A stretch of DNA of 64,000 nucleotides from Nymphaea colorata (GCF_008831285.2 NC_045138.2:24118001-24182000), one strand, 5' to 3'; shown: positions 25,077 to 38,533, counted from the stretch's first letter. Made by a program: numbers and translations. The notes: generated by a model from the letters alone, not told the origin.

Positions 25077-27085
25077 CTTACTTCTGCCCCCATTCTGACG
25101 CTTCCATCAGGTCATTCCAGTTTTGTGGTGTACACTGATGTTTTGGGGATCGGATATGGTTGTGTGTTGATGCAGCATGGCCGTGTAGTGGCTTATGCAT
25201 CAAGACAGTTGAAGGCCCATGAGCAACACTATCCCACTCATGATTTGGAGTTGGGAGCAGTTGTGTTCGCATTGAAGATGTGGAGACACTATCTTTATGG
25301 TGCAACATTCGAGGTGTTTACAGATCACAAGTCCTTGAAGTATATATCCTCGCAAAGGATCTCAACTTGAGGCAAAGAAGATGGATCGAATATTTAAAGG
25401 ATTATGATTTCACCATATCGTATCATCCAGGCAAGGCGAATGTGGTGGCAGATGCGTTGAGCAGGCATGCCAAGGCGACAATGTGCAGTATGTTGACTCG
25501 TTCTTGGACATTATTGCAAGATGTGATAGCTTGGCAGCCTTACATTTGTGATGAGAACAAGGCAACGATGACAGCCTTGATACAACATCCTTTGATGGAA
25601 GAACTTGTAATGAAGCAAAAGGAAGATCCAGAGTTTGCTAAGAACATGGAAGCAAGCCAGAAGACCGATTCTCTTTGGCATCAAGATGAAGATGGTTCAT
25701 TGCGGTTTCAGCAGAGATTATGGGTTCCTAGAGATGAAGGGGTGAAGCGTCTGTTGCTTGATGAAGCTCACAAATCTAAATTTTTTATTCACTCTGGCAG
25801 TACAAAGATGTTTCAGGAGATGAAGAGACATTTTTGGTGGCCTGGAATGAAGCGTGAAATTGCAGAATATGTGGCAAAGTGCTTAGTTTGCCAACAGGTA
25901 AAAGCAGAACATCAGCGGCCAGGAGGCTTGTTGCAAAGAATCAATATTCCAGTGTGGAAATGGGAAGACATTACGATGGATTTTGTGGTTGGGTTGCCTT
26001 ATACCAAAAGACAACAGAATGCCATATGGGTGATTGTTGATCAACTTACGAAGTCCGCTCACTTTCTGCCAATCAGAATTAGTCAGTCTTTGGAAAGTCT
26101 CGCAGAGTTATATATTGGCGAGATAGTAAGATTGTATGGAGTGCCAAAGTCTATCATTTTGGATCGAGATCCACATTTTACTTCTAGGTTTTGGGGGCAA
26201 TTACAGAAAGCATTGGGTACCAAGCTTAAGTTGAGCACAGCGTTTCACCCCCAAACTGATGGGCAGTTTGAGAGGACCATTCAGACTTTAGAGGACACGT
26301 TGCGTGCATGTGTCTTAGAATGGAAAGGAGAATGGGACAAACATGTGAAATTGGCAGAATTTGCATATAATAACAGTTACCACTCTAGTATTGGGATGAC
26401 GCCTTTTGAGGCTTTGTATGGAAGGCCTTGCAGATCGCCAACTTGTTGGACCGAATTGGGTGATGGTAAGATCGAAAACCCTTTAGTATTGCAACACTAC
26501 ACCGACCAAGTGCTATTGATAAGGAAAAAGTTGTTGACTGCTCAGAGCAGACAGAAAAGTAGAGCAGACAGAAAAGTTGTGCTCACATTCGTCGTAGAGA
26601 ATTGGCTTTTGAGGAGGGTGATCATGTGTTTTTAAAGATTTCTCTTGCTAAAGGTGTTTTTCGCTTTGGTGCGAAGGGAAAATTGAGCCCGAGGTTCGTA
26701 GGACCTTTTGAGATATTAGAGAAGATTGAAGAGGTGGCATACAGATTGGCGTTACCACTAGATTTGAGTCACGTTCATGACGTCTTCCATGTTTTCATGC
26801 TTCGAAAATACGTACCAGATCCGACACATGTGATTGATTTTCAAGGTATTCTAGTACAAGATGATTTGACAATGGAAGAACAACCCATTAGAATTGTGGA
26901 TCATCGAGAGCAAGTGCTTCGCACTAAGAGAATTCCGTTGGTGAAAGTGGAATGGCAGTACCATGGGTTGAAGGAGAGTACATGGGAACCTAAGGAGGAC
27001 ATGCAGAAGAGATATCCACACTTGTTCTTGCATTGATGTATGATCTAAATTTCGAGGACGAATTTTTTTTTTATGGAGGGTAGGA
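25072..27085 (+). mobile_element. Ty3/Gypsy chromovirus (Tekay/Del-like) internal 3' half: RNaseH, integrase, chromodomain, PPT; frameshifted and 5'-truncated
   Basis: [24 protein letters not shown]; integrase Zn finger H...H...CLVC and core WEDITMDFVVGLP / HPQTDGQ; GPF motif; chromodomain LVKVEWQYHGLKESTWE; PPT GGAGGGTAGGA ending at 27085. Confidence 0.93.
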
Positions 27086-30075
27086 TGTAACGCTCGTTGT
27101 TTTTGGGCAGGTCGGGTCGGATCGGAACCCAGACACGAACCCTTGGCGTGAAAGAGCCCGATGCGAGGGCTCTTCTCCATCGCCTTTCCCTCTTTTCTCT
27201 CGTCTATCTCCTGGGTACTCACGGCCAGTGCAGAGAAGAAGAAGACGGAGGTGGTGCAGGCGGTGGCTCGACCGGCAGTGGCGGAGGTGGCGACGGCAGC
27301 AGCGTGGGTAAGCTCTCCTCTACTGCCCTATCTTCTGCCTCTCTCATTATTTCTACTGCCTTTCTAGTTTTCTCTTTTTCCCCTTTCGTCTGCTCTCCCT
27401 CGCATCTCTCTCTGCCCACGCTCACTCTTTCTCTCGTCTACTTACCCTTTCTTATTCACGCTCACCTCACTGCTGGCCTTTTTCCCCTTTGACCAAACCA
27501 TCTCCCCTATCAGTCCCCCTCTATTTTTCTCTCTCTCTCTCCCTCTACTCGACCTCCCTCTCTGTCCACGCTTCACGCTCTCTCCCCATTTTCTGCTTGT
27601 TTTTCTATTTTCTCCAATCGAGCACTCACTCTCACTGATTTTCACTATTCTATCACTGTTCGATCTGATTTCAGCTTGGGGATTTGTCCTTCCCCTCATA
27701 ACAGCGTTTAGAGAAGGCCTTGGTGGTGGCGGCATTGAAGGATTTTAGCCGTTTGGGGACCACTTAGACTCGTGAGGTGGCTACCGGGTGGATTACAACA
27801 GTTTAGACTTTCAAATTGGGGTGAGCAAGGCGAAATTGAACCTATTTTATGATATATTTTTCTTTAGAACGCGTATAATTATTGTTTGAGCATGCTAGAA
27901 GGTAGAATTGATAGTTAGGAAAGCATGCAAGCGATTTTGCTTTTGGGGAAAATGTGGGGTTATGATGGAGAAGCGATGATTCATGTGTTTGTTGATCTTT
28001 TAAGCATGATGAGTTGATTTTCGAAGTAATAGGGAAGCATGGTAGCGTTTGTATGGCTGTGAGGAAGATTTAGGACGGTTTTGGTGAGCGTGTAGCACAC
28101 GTTCTGGTGAACGGGTGCGTCTTGGAATTAAACAGGGAAAGCGAACGTAAGTTGTTTGTGCCTTTGGGGTTGACGCCTTGATTAAGAAAAACAAAGTTTG
28201 GAGAAAGGCGTTTGTGATAGACGGATTAATGGCTTTGAGTTTTGACTTTTGTTGGCACAGCTAGAAGTTGGGAAGTGGCCTATTAGAGGGCTTGTATGTC
28301 GACACTACCCGTCGATACCCTCTTGAGGCGATGACACGTGCCTCAAGGATTTTGTTTTGTATTTGTTTGAATTGTTTAGGTATCTAGTAGGAATCTTATC
28401 ATTTGTTTATGTTTGCAGGTACCCCGGGCACGTCCCGTCGACCTTGAGTTCGAAGCTCCAGGAGTTTTGAAGAGTTTTGTGAGCGCGCCACAAGTATGGC
28501 GACATTCCAGGCAAATCCCTGCCTGGGGCAAATGTGTGATTGTGTGCTCCTAGGCAAGGGATCCTAGGATTGTGATGTTAATTGATTGACTGCTTTGTGA
28601 ATGAGTATATGTATGTTGCTTATATGATATGAATGGGTTAGAAAGGCTATTAGTCATTTGTTTTAAAAATATTACGCATTGGCATGTGCATGGTAGAATT
28701 GATATCTGTTTAGGACAGATGAGGCGGGGTATCGAGTCGAGTGTCTCCTCGACCCCAATTGTGCATTAGAAAGCATCATAGAATGATAACTGCATAGGAC
28801 AGCTACGAGCCAACCGCAGATCGAGACTACTCTATGTGGATTGACTAAGTTTTTCAAAGAGGTGATTGACGTGATTGATGTGAGGATTGATGTGATGATT
28901 GATATGAATGTGTACGTTGTTGCATATGCATTGCCATGGGCAACGATGCAAATGGATGAAATAGAGGGTAGTTGTACCCGTACTGTATGACGGCTAGCAA
29001 TGACTGTTACTGTATGTATAGACCTCGTGTGGAGGCATTGGGAGGTGTAAGTGCACTCGTAGGGTGTATTAACCTCATGTGCTAGCGAGTCATCTTGTGA
29101 ATGAGTAATGATAATGATAAAAAAAGAAAATGAAAGGATAAGAGATGAGAGGCCGGTGGGATGTGGTTGTGTGTTTGGGAGACGTCCCGTTCTCGCCACT
29201 GGTCTCGCCTGTCAGAGCGCAGGCGGTGCAAGGCCCCAGGGTTCTGTTGTGTGTTGTGCTTGGAGCGTTGGGCTTCCGCCTTCCCAACCTGGGTGTCCTA
29301 GGGAAGGCTGAGTATCTCACCTTGGACTTCACACATCCAGGGATGAGTGCTCTACTGCTGCAGTGGGTGAAATGGATCCATACTGTTATGGGCCACCATG
29401 GGGGTTGTCTCTCAGCTGTAGGCCGCCCACGGTGTGCACGTGCCTGTGTTGCACCCACAGGAACTGTTAATGAAAATGTAATGTGTTTGATAGAATGCAT
29501 GTGACTGACGTATATGTGATTGATATGAATGCAAGTGTTATGTTTAAGCATGTTTCGCATGTGACTGATGTTGTATTAGTGTGGCCATCAAGTGGCTTTT
29601 ACGTGTCGTACTCTGACACGACATGACGGTATATGGGTTGATATTTGTTCTTTTATTTGAGCCTTACTTGAGAGGGTTTGGCATTTTCTTGGCTTGTTGC
29701 CATACTGCGAAGGCTGAACCTTCAGTTGTTTTCTTTTCAGGTTTTGGCAGACCCGAGGCAACAGGTTGAGCAGATGGCTTCACTCACGTCCTACTGGGGA
29801 GGTTTTGGGATTGTCGTTTGTAGTGCCGGCGCTTCATGTTTTAGTTTTATTGATGTCTTCTTTTTGTTAGGCATCAATGTTATGATTTTGGGGCATTTTG
29901 GTCATGCACATAGATGTGAATTTGTATGAAACAAAATGGTTATATAAATGAAAGTTCGTCCCATTGTTTAGAATTGCTTGGCTCATCGTCTTTTTGAATT
30001 GTTGGGTAGTCACACCTCGATGCTTTATGTTTAGAAAAAAAAAAGGTTTGACAGTTAAAAGGTCGGGGTGTGACA
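27086..30075 (+). mobile_element. Ty3/Gypsy LTR (2990 bp) shared between two internal regions
   Basis: Starts TGTAAC immediately after the PPT and ends GTGACA; followed by the tRNA-iMet PBS TGGTATCAGAGCC at 30080-30092. Confidence 0.92.
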
Positions 30076-30079
30076 GTTT

Positions 30080-33000
30080 TGGTATCAGAGCCATCACAAA
30101 CCTCATTATGGATGTGAGTTAAAGCTTATCTGTGAAGCCGTGTTGCCCAGGTACGCATTTGTTTGATTAGTTGGTTATTGTAGTTTTGATTTTTCAAGTA
30201 TAAGTATGTAATGTGATCTATGTTTTGAACTTCGTGCTAATGCACGTTGTGATTTGACTTGTGAATTTGGTATTAGTCGTGATTTGAGAATTAAGGATCT
30301 TGTTTGTACAGATGGAATATCATCGTAGGGGTAAGAAGCGAACTGGGCCGTCTTCAAAGGCACATAGAGAGCCCAGCCCAACCCATTCTGATGCGCATAC
30401 TCCGCGGGGTGACAGTGCGTCAGAGCTCCAGTATGCCCAGCTAGGTGGGGGTGCCCAAACCCCACCGAGACAGACTCCGCCAGTGGATCAGTAGACTATA
30501 TTGCTGACCACGTTGCAGACGCTGACCACGTTAATGCAGTCAATGGTCGGTAATCAGAGGAGTAATGCATCTCTTTCGGGGGACACCAGTGCTTCAGTTC
30601 GGGAGAAGGCAACGGCAGTGTCTTATCAGCAGTTTATGGCGATGCAGCCGCCTATCTTTTCAGGAGGGGGCAGTCATGACAAGGCAAAGGACTTGATTGA
30701 AGAGGTTGAACGTATTTTTGGGCTTCTGAAGGTGCCTAAAGAAGATAGAGTGAACTATGGCTCCTATTTGTTGAAGGGTGATGCCAAGAATTGGTGGCAA
30801 TCTACTAGTGAGATTCGGTTCGCTGGCCAATGGTCAATCTCATGGAAGCAGTTTAGAGATTCCTTCTTTAGCACATACTTTCCAGTGTATGCCAGAGACA
30901 AGAAAATGCAAGAATTTCTAGATTTGCATCAGAATCGGTCGAGCTTAGAAGAGTACATTACGAGATATTGGCACTTAGAGGTGTATTGCCCACACCTTTA
31001 CACTACAGATGAGGCCAGAGCGGGCAAGTTGTGCGTGGGCTGCGAGATGGACTACGAAGTAAAGTGTTGACAAGTAGACCTCGTGACTTGGATGAGGCGG
31101 TTACAATGGCACGATGCATAGAAGAAGATTGGGTAAGGACACAGAAGGATCATCAGAAGAAAGCAGGCCAGCATTCACAAGGTGAACGGACACAGGTAAA
31201 GCGCCAACACTTTGCGGGCAGGACACGGCCTTATGAGAGGCGGGATGACCGAACTTTCAGACGGAACCAGCCTACCCGTAGTGAGGCCACACAGGGGTCA
31301 GTGGCCACTCCGACTTCTCAGAAGTGCCCCACTTGTTCTCGTGTGCACCCCGGGAAGCCGTGCTATCGGGTGACTGGGGCTTGTTTACACTGCGGAGGTA
31401 TGTGACACTTTATCAAGGATTGCCCGTTGAAGAAAGAAAGAGAATTGAAGAAGCCTGAAGCCGGTTCTTCTAGTGCACGACAGACGTCTGGACGTGTCTA
31501 CGCTACTAATGTGGAGGAGCTCCAGGTACACGACCTCGTTGAATGTACTTTACTTGTCAGTTCTCATATTGCTAGAGTGTTATTTGATGCAGGAACGACA
31601 CATTCTTTTATATCTAGTCGATTTGCTACCTCACTAGAAGTGTCGGCTAGAAAAATGCCGTATGTTTTAAAAGTTGTTAGCCCGATGCATGCTCAAGAGT
31701 TGTGTCGTGAGTATCTTCCTGATGTGGACGTGGAAATCCATCAACTTCAACTACCCGCACAGTTGGTGATCCTAGGTCTCAGTGAGTTTGATGTGATTTT
31801 GGGTATGGATTGGTTGTATGCGCATTATGCCATTATAAATTGCAGGAAGAAGCAAATATAGATGTTGACTAATGAGATGCAGTCTGTGGAATTTCATGCT
31901 CGTAGGGCCAGTCGAACTGATAAGATATTGGTGTCTGCATTGAAGGCTAAGCGATGGATAGAAAGTGGAAGCGTTGCCTTCTTGGTCAATGTGTTGATCA
32001 ATGAGGCTGAACGGATGATATTGTAGGATGTTGCCATGGTGAGTGAGTATCCTGATGTGTTTCCTGAGGAATTGTCGAGTTTGCCTCCAACTCGAGAAGT
32101 GGAGTTCAAGATAGAGTTGTTACCAGGGACAACTCCTATTTCTAAGGCACCCTACCGTATGGCACCAGCAGAGTTAGAAGAGTTGAAGAAGCAACTGCAG
32201 GAGCTCTTAGATAAGAGCTTCATCCGACCTAGTGTGTCTCCTTGGGGAGCACTTGTATTGTTTGTGAAAAAGAAAGATGGGACTATGCGCTTGTGCATAG
32301 ATTATCGTATGTTGAATCAAGTCACCATCAAGAATAAGTATCCGCTTCCAAGAATTGAAGACTTGTTTGATCAGCTTAAGAATGCAAAGGTTTACTCTAA
32401 GATCGATCTGAGGATAGGCTACCATCAATTCTTGATACGGGAGGAAGATGTTTCTAAGACTGCTTTTCGAACCAGGTATGTGCATTATGAATTCAGGGTC
32501 ATGCCTTTTGGGTTGACTAATGCTCTCGCAGCGTTCATGGACCTCATGAATCGGGTTTTCCAAGAGTTCTTGGATCGTTTGTTATTGTGTTTGTTGATGA
32601 TATTTTAGTGTACTCAGAGAGTGAGGCAAAGCACAAAGACCACTTGAGAAGTGTGTTGGGTCTTTTGCGCAAGCATAAGCTTTACGCCAAATACTCAAAA
32701 TGTGAATTTTGGCTAGAGAATGTAAACTTTCTGGGTCATGTGATCTCGAAGGATGGAGTATCCGTCGATCCGGCTAAGGTGTCAGCTATTCATGACTGGA
32801 GGACACCTTGCAGTGTAACTGAGGTTAATAGCTTTTTGGGATTGACAGGATACTATCGCAGGTTCATACAAGACTTTTCGAAAATAGCTACACCAATGAC
32901 TAAGCTGCTGAGAAAATGAGTGAAGTTTGTTTGGAATGAAGAGTGTGAGAAGAGTTTTCAAACTCTGAAGGACAAGCTTACTTCTGCCCCATTCTGATGC

Positions 33001-33422
33001 TTCCATCAGGTCATTCCAGTTTTGTGGTGTACACTGATGCTTCGGGGATCGGATATGGTTGTGTGTTGATGCAGCATGGCCGTGTAGTGGCTTATGCATC
33101 AAGGCAGTTGAAGGCCCATGAGCAACACTATCCCACTCATGATTTGGAGTTGGGAGCAGTTGTGTTCGCATGGAAGATGTGGAGACACTATCTTTATGGT
33201 GCAACATTCGAGGTGTTTACAGATCACAAGTCCTTAAAGTATATATCCTCGCAAAGGGATCTCAACTTGAGGCAAAGAAGATGGATCGAATATTTAAAGG
33301 ATTATGATTTCACCATATCGTATCATCCAGGCAAGGCGAATGTGGTGGCAGATGCATTGAGCAGGCATGCCAAGGCGACAATGTGTAGTATGTTGACTCG
33401 TTCTTGGACATTATTGCAATTT
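30080..33422 (+). mobile_element. Ty3/Gypsy internal 5' half: PBS, gag (ATG about 30312), protease, RT, RNaseH; stops and frameshifts; ends at the assembly gap
   Basis: Gag MQPPIFSG / LKGDAKNWW; zinc knuckle CLHCGGM*HFIKDC; protease [39 protein letters not shown]; RNase[17 protein letters not shown]. Confidence 0.93.
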
Positions 33423-33522
33423 NNNNNNNNNNNNNNNNNNNNNNNNNNNNNNNNNNNNNNNNNNNNNNNNNNNNNNNNNNNNNNNNNNNNNNNNNNNNNN
33501 NNNNNNNNNNNNNNNNNNNNNN
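33423..33522. other. Assembly gap (100 N, size probably unknown)
   Basis: Run of exactly 100 N. Confidence 0.99.
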
Positions 33523-33902
33523 TGAACCGGATTATGGGTGTACCGTATCATATCCATGGTTGGATTGCAATACTTACATTACTCTAGCCTTCTCTCTCTT
33601 TCCTTTTTTTTTATTTTTTACATTTTTTCCTAAATGATATACATAACTACTCAAGATTTAAATACTTGGTGAAATCATTAAAATGAATATATAAAAAATA
33701 TGTCTTCTCTTATATGGGGAGATCACCGGTGGCCCGACCGACCAGCTTGAAGGCATCAAAGTGAGCGAGACAAAGAGATGTGAACATAACCAGCATCATG
33801 TCCTACATTCTTTTGTGTATCGCTATATATCGCTATGTAAAAAGGGGCAAGCACTTGCGGCCTCCTTCTCCGTATTTGGCCAAGCTTGAGTTGGAGCCTT
33901 GA

Positions 33903-35014
33903 ATGGCGGACTTGGTTTCGTTCTTCTCACTTTCTTCCTGGCAAGTGCACAGGTCCATCAATTCCCTTTGCTCGAAACGTATGAGTACTAGTGAGACCCA
34001 CTCTCCAGGGACAGCCAAACTGCCAGTGGGCGCCATCCCACCTGCCGGAAGCAGGCCGCTCGCTTCCGTCTTCCCACAGCAGCTCTGCACACGCCATGCC
34101 ATCAACCAGTTCTTTCCGGCATAAAAGATTCTCAGGTCTAATCCAACTTGAATTACCAGAGTATATGGTGGATGACGATTGTTTCTTTTCTCTGTCAGCT
34201 GCTTGCCGGGGCCGCGAACACAATTACCGGCACTCTCGCTATAAAGCTAAATGGAATGAGGCCTTCCCCAGCACTCTCATGCCCGACGATTGACGATTGT
34301 TTCGTTTCTCTTCCCATCCCCTACTCTGACATCAGGTACTCATGTCCATCCATTGAGGGGTTTCCAAGAAAGAAAAACATTGTTGGTTATCTTCATCACC
34401 CCTTTAGCAAATGATGCTTCTATTGTCGGTGGTGTCAGCTCTGAGCGTACTTTCTTGCCACGCAAACAAGCCCAGGAAATTCCCTTCTCAACCTCAAACC
34501 TCACTACCATCCTTAAGATGTTCTCCACTGAATTCCACTCTGCATCTCTTACCAGGCAAACACTTGTTGATTGCGAGAAACCTGCAGTTAAAGGAGAACT
34601 CGAGTACCATGTAACGTCACTGGAATCCATGATCGATTTTGTTGTCGTGGAGTTCGGAACTAGTGAAATTCATGTGGCGATCACTTCTGTTGTTAATAGA
34701 GAGGAGGAGTTGAAGGCCAGGACTTACAGAGCAGGGGCTGGTGCTAGTGAGGGGAGGGTGATGTCCCATAAAATGATGACTTGCCACAATATGATGTTTC
34801 CTTATGTTGTGTTCTACCACAATTTGGCAGGAGCAAGGGCATACATGGCTCCGTTGGTTTCTGATAATGGTAACCGAGTGAATGCCATTGCTATGTGCCA
34901 TTTTGATACATCAAGCGAGAATTCTGGGCATGCCAGCTACCGGTTGCTGGTGTGAAACCAGGAACTGTTCCCATTTGCCACTTCATTCTAAAGGATCTCG
35001 CCAGCGTCCCCAAC
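33903..35014 (+). pseudogene. BURP-domain (RD22-like) pseudogene, copy 1; close paralog of copy 4
   Basis: Compared with 49721-51031: exon 1 is 38 nt rather than 45, donor GT>GC, indels in exon 2, and a deletion of about 225 bp removes the intron-2 acceptor and the start of exon 3. YCATSLES>YHVTSLES, second CH lost (FYHNL), DTSSW>DTSSE, frameshift near 34950. Confidence 0.9.
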
Positions 35015-36229
35015 TACTACTTCCTTGTACGTACATGAGCAGGCCGCCTACAGCTATTCAAATTACTCTTTTGAATGAACTGATAATAAATAAAACAGCA
35101 TCAGTTAATTACTTGCCTTATTTCCTTATGAGTTTATCACTTATTGGCGCCATTGAATCCTGATCAGCTCACAACTCTAGGTCATGGTAATGTCTATTAC
35201 ATTGATATTGGCCGTCACATGATCAAATTGCTGAATCAGGAGAACTAAAATTAAGAGAAATATTTATAACTTGGTCCGGCGAACAAGAAAAACCAAGTTT
35301 TGCAATTAATGGAACTCTAAGATCTTGACACTTTGCACCTTATACGTGCATGGGTCATGCCACTCCTCGGAGATGAACTTTATGGAATGGGAAAATTACT
35401 CAAGCTACCCTACTCAAATCCTTAAATTCCTCACAGAGGCTAGAGAGAGAGAGAGAAAAAAAAAAGAGGAGGGACAGAGATGTTCCATAATTAAATATTT
35501 CTTTGAAGTAATGAAACAATGAACTAGAATTACGGTAGACAGACAAGACAAAGAAACCTGCAAGGACACTATGGGAGGGAGCTAAGAGGTGATTGATCGA
35601 GTTCGGAATCACCCCTTGATTTTTAGGATGAAATATGAAACCTATTATTTGAAAAATTACAAAAAGGCCTAATTTCAACAAAATAATTTACAAAAGTTTC
35701 ATTAATGAAAAGCATTAAAATGTACTCAGAAACCCATATATAAAAGTTAATTTCTTCTGAGAAAATCACACATGATATTTTGAGCAATACAAACAAGTGT
35801 TAGGGATGAGTACTTACCCAGATAACAAAAACAGAAGGATGGTGAAGAGCCAGCAAATGCCTGTCTCTCGAGGACCTGAGACAGCGAGATAGAGGAGGAA
35901 TCACAGCATTAATGGTGCCAGAGAGTGCGCCACGGTCCTTTTCCCCGTCCTGTAGAGTTTTGCTCTTTTTCCTACTACTACAAAAAAAGAGGTTTTATTA
36001 TTGAGTGAAAAACGTTATTGAAAATAAGCAAACGTCCGTAAAGGTCATACTGATGTTTTCTTACGTTCGTTCTTTTTACCGCCATGATGTTTGCATGAGG
36101 AAAATATCTGTTTACGCACGGTGAATGGGATGAGACCTATACCGGTGAAGTTTTCACCGCTGTAGGTTGTCTGAGGTTAACCACCCTTCCAATGAAGAAG
36201 TTCTTGTATTTGGCAGCTGGCTGGCTGAG

Positions 36230-36231
<2 letters not shown>

Positions 36232-36282
<51 letters not shown>
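36232..36282. repeat. Poly(A) tract of about 50 nt
   Basis: Directly visible; no TSD or retro-element body recognised. Confidence 0.9.
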
Positions 36283-36289
<7 letters not shown>

Positions 36290-38457
36290 TGAAAAAGAAA
36301 ATCACAACAAAATTAAATATCCATAGCTGGAACGACATTTGGTGTCTTCTTTTACAACATAATCGAAAACGCTTGTGTTGTGACTACAGGGTTGTATGAG
36401 CAAAAATTATTGTTGTACATGACTTGGCTTTTTTCGTTTTGAATTTGGCAGAAGAAGGCATGGCCCGAACTAAATTTTCATGGGAGTAACAATACAATCT
36501 AAAAGACTTTCGACACACTCCCTAAGATATGCCATATAGTTTGACTCGCTAAATGGCTGCGATAGAATCTAACAGTGGAGAGGCATACCAGTTTTCCATA
36601 CCATAATAATAAATCTACCACTGTGTGTTAAAGCGTGAGATTGACGGCGATAGCGACAAGTTTTTACCAGTTGTGTACAAACTTGATTAGATGAAAATAA
36701 AGTTTCCAATGAGTCATGGAAAATTTGGTTGAATTGCTTTGTTGGTGACATATCCAAAACCATGTTTTTTTAAACACATAATACTACCAATATGCGCTAA
36801 TGCTTTTCAACCTGTATGACAGACTTTAAACAAAATTTATATTAAAAATTCAGAAGTAATTTTTTTTATATAATTCCTTCCTATTATATATATATATATG
36901 CTGACCAATTTGGGGTAATTAGGCCTCCCCGTCATGGCAGTAAGGGGGCAGTATACATATGAAGTGCCCATACACATACAGGACAATATACAATGGCAGT
37001 ATTTATTGAGTTTATGTTCAGTATGATCATTTGTATATATGTCATTGCGTACCTTGAGTTGCAGTATCATTGCTTACCTTCTGCGTCGTGGACTGTTTTA
37101 TTCTAGGTCGTCTTCTTCGTCACGGATTGACTGTTTCAACCATTGTATGCAAATGTGCAATGATAATAGTAACATTCATTGAAGCCATTCTGTCCCGTCT
37201 TGCAAACTGAGATGCGTGTCTAAAGGAGATGGTGTGGCACCGTCTTCCAGGAGTCGGTCTCTACCAAATAGCTTGCACTGAAAGTAAGAGCTTGGAAAAA
37301 ATTAATAAGAAACGAAAAGGGAAAAAATGAACAATGCATTCAATATAGGTCTCATAAGAGTTACATAATAAATGCTAGTGGTTTAGTATACCTAGTGCAA
37401 GATATGCGTTTGGTAACATGAATGCTTTTTTATTTGAAAGGTAAACACATGCTTGGAACACTGCGTTCCAAGAACACAGCTTTTCCTATTACCAAACCCC
37501 AAATTGTTGTGCTTAAAAGCTATGTTCCTTAGCCCGTTTAATGAACCAATAAACTTATGCCATTTATGAATGAATAATCTTCCTAAATACGAATGAACAA
37601 AAGTATCAAAGTTCAAAAATTCAACAAGAGGAAAATTGGGTCACAGGTATTAGACCCGGTCTCGAGAACATTTCAAGCTATTGGGTGTTCACGGGACAAC
37701 TGCTAGAGAAAAGTCACTGTATGCAGTCGAAGATGAATTCCCTTGACACGTCAGGAAGATGACTACTCGACGTAAACGGTTCGGGTCAGATTCACCATGT
37801 ACTGAACATTATTGGACCTGACTTCAATTAACTGGACTCGAAATGACCATGTTTTTTCTTCTTTTTTTTTCAAAAAAAAAAAAAAAACTGAATTGGGGAC
37901 CTAATTTTTACATAACCAACATTTTCTCCTCTGAACTTTCTCAGTAATAGTGAAAGTTCATGGATCAAATAAAATTTTAGTTATGTCGTTAACACAAGAA
38001 GCTGTGTTCTGATCAGATGGACACTTTAGTCATCTTTCAGGGGCATTTCTTTTTTTTACCATTCTACTCTAACCGTTATGCGAGGGTCTTTCATTTTATA
38101 CAAGAGGACATTTTGGTCATTTTGAGCCCCTAACACACGGTCCGGTTTAGGAGTCATACGTGAAAACTGCTCAAAAAAAAAAAAAAAAGATTATGCTAAA
38201 TAAACACACAAGGGAATATCTTCATTTCAGGTGTAGAACAGTGAGATTGTTCGTATAAATGGCTGGAATTTTGAGAAAGAAGCTTACATGACTGTCCAGT
38301 TGCCCATTTCCGGTCGGTCGATTGAATCTATTTACTGTTGCCATGCGACCGCTTAATTCTTGGTCATATAAATATTAGGGCTTCAATGTCTTCCGTGTCC
38401 ACCTTACCTCCGAATGGGTCAGCATTATCGATCAAACACGCACATACAGTTCTTCCT

Positions 38458-38464
38458 TATAAAA
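38458..38464 (+). promoter_or_regulatory. TATA box of BURP copy 2 (equivalents near 42599 for copy 3 and 49654 for copy 4)
   Basis: TATAAAA 65-80 bp upstream of the ATG, conserved in position among paralogs. Confidence 0.6.
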
Positions 38465-38533
38465 GGCTGGAAGCAATACCATTTCCTTCACCGAACAGCA
38501 GAAACTTAAGTACTGGGTAGCTCGACGAACAGC

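Noticed and set aside
28672..29560. ORFs of 120-175 aa inside the Ty3 LTR, with similar short ORFs at 11981-12329
   Set aside because: No recognisable domain, and the frames are not preserved between the two LTR copies; the similarity reflects LTR homology.
36232..36282. Poly(A) tail of a SINE or retrocopy
   Set aside because: No A/B boxes, TSD or processed-gene body recognised upstream.
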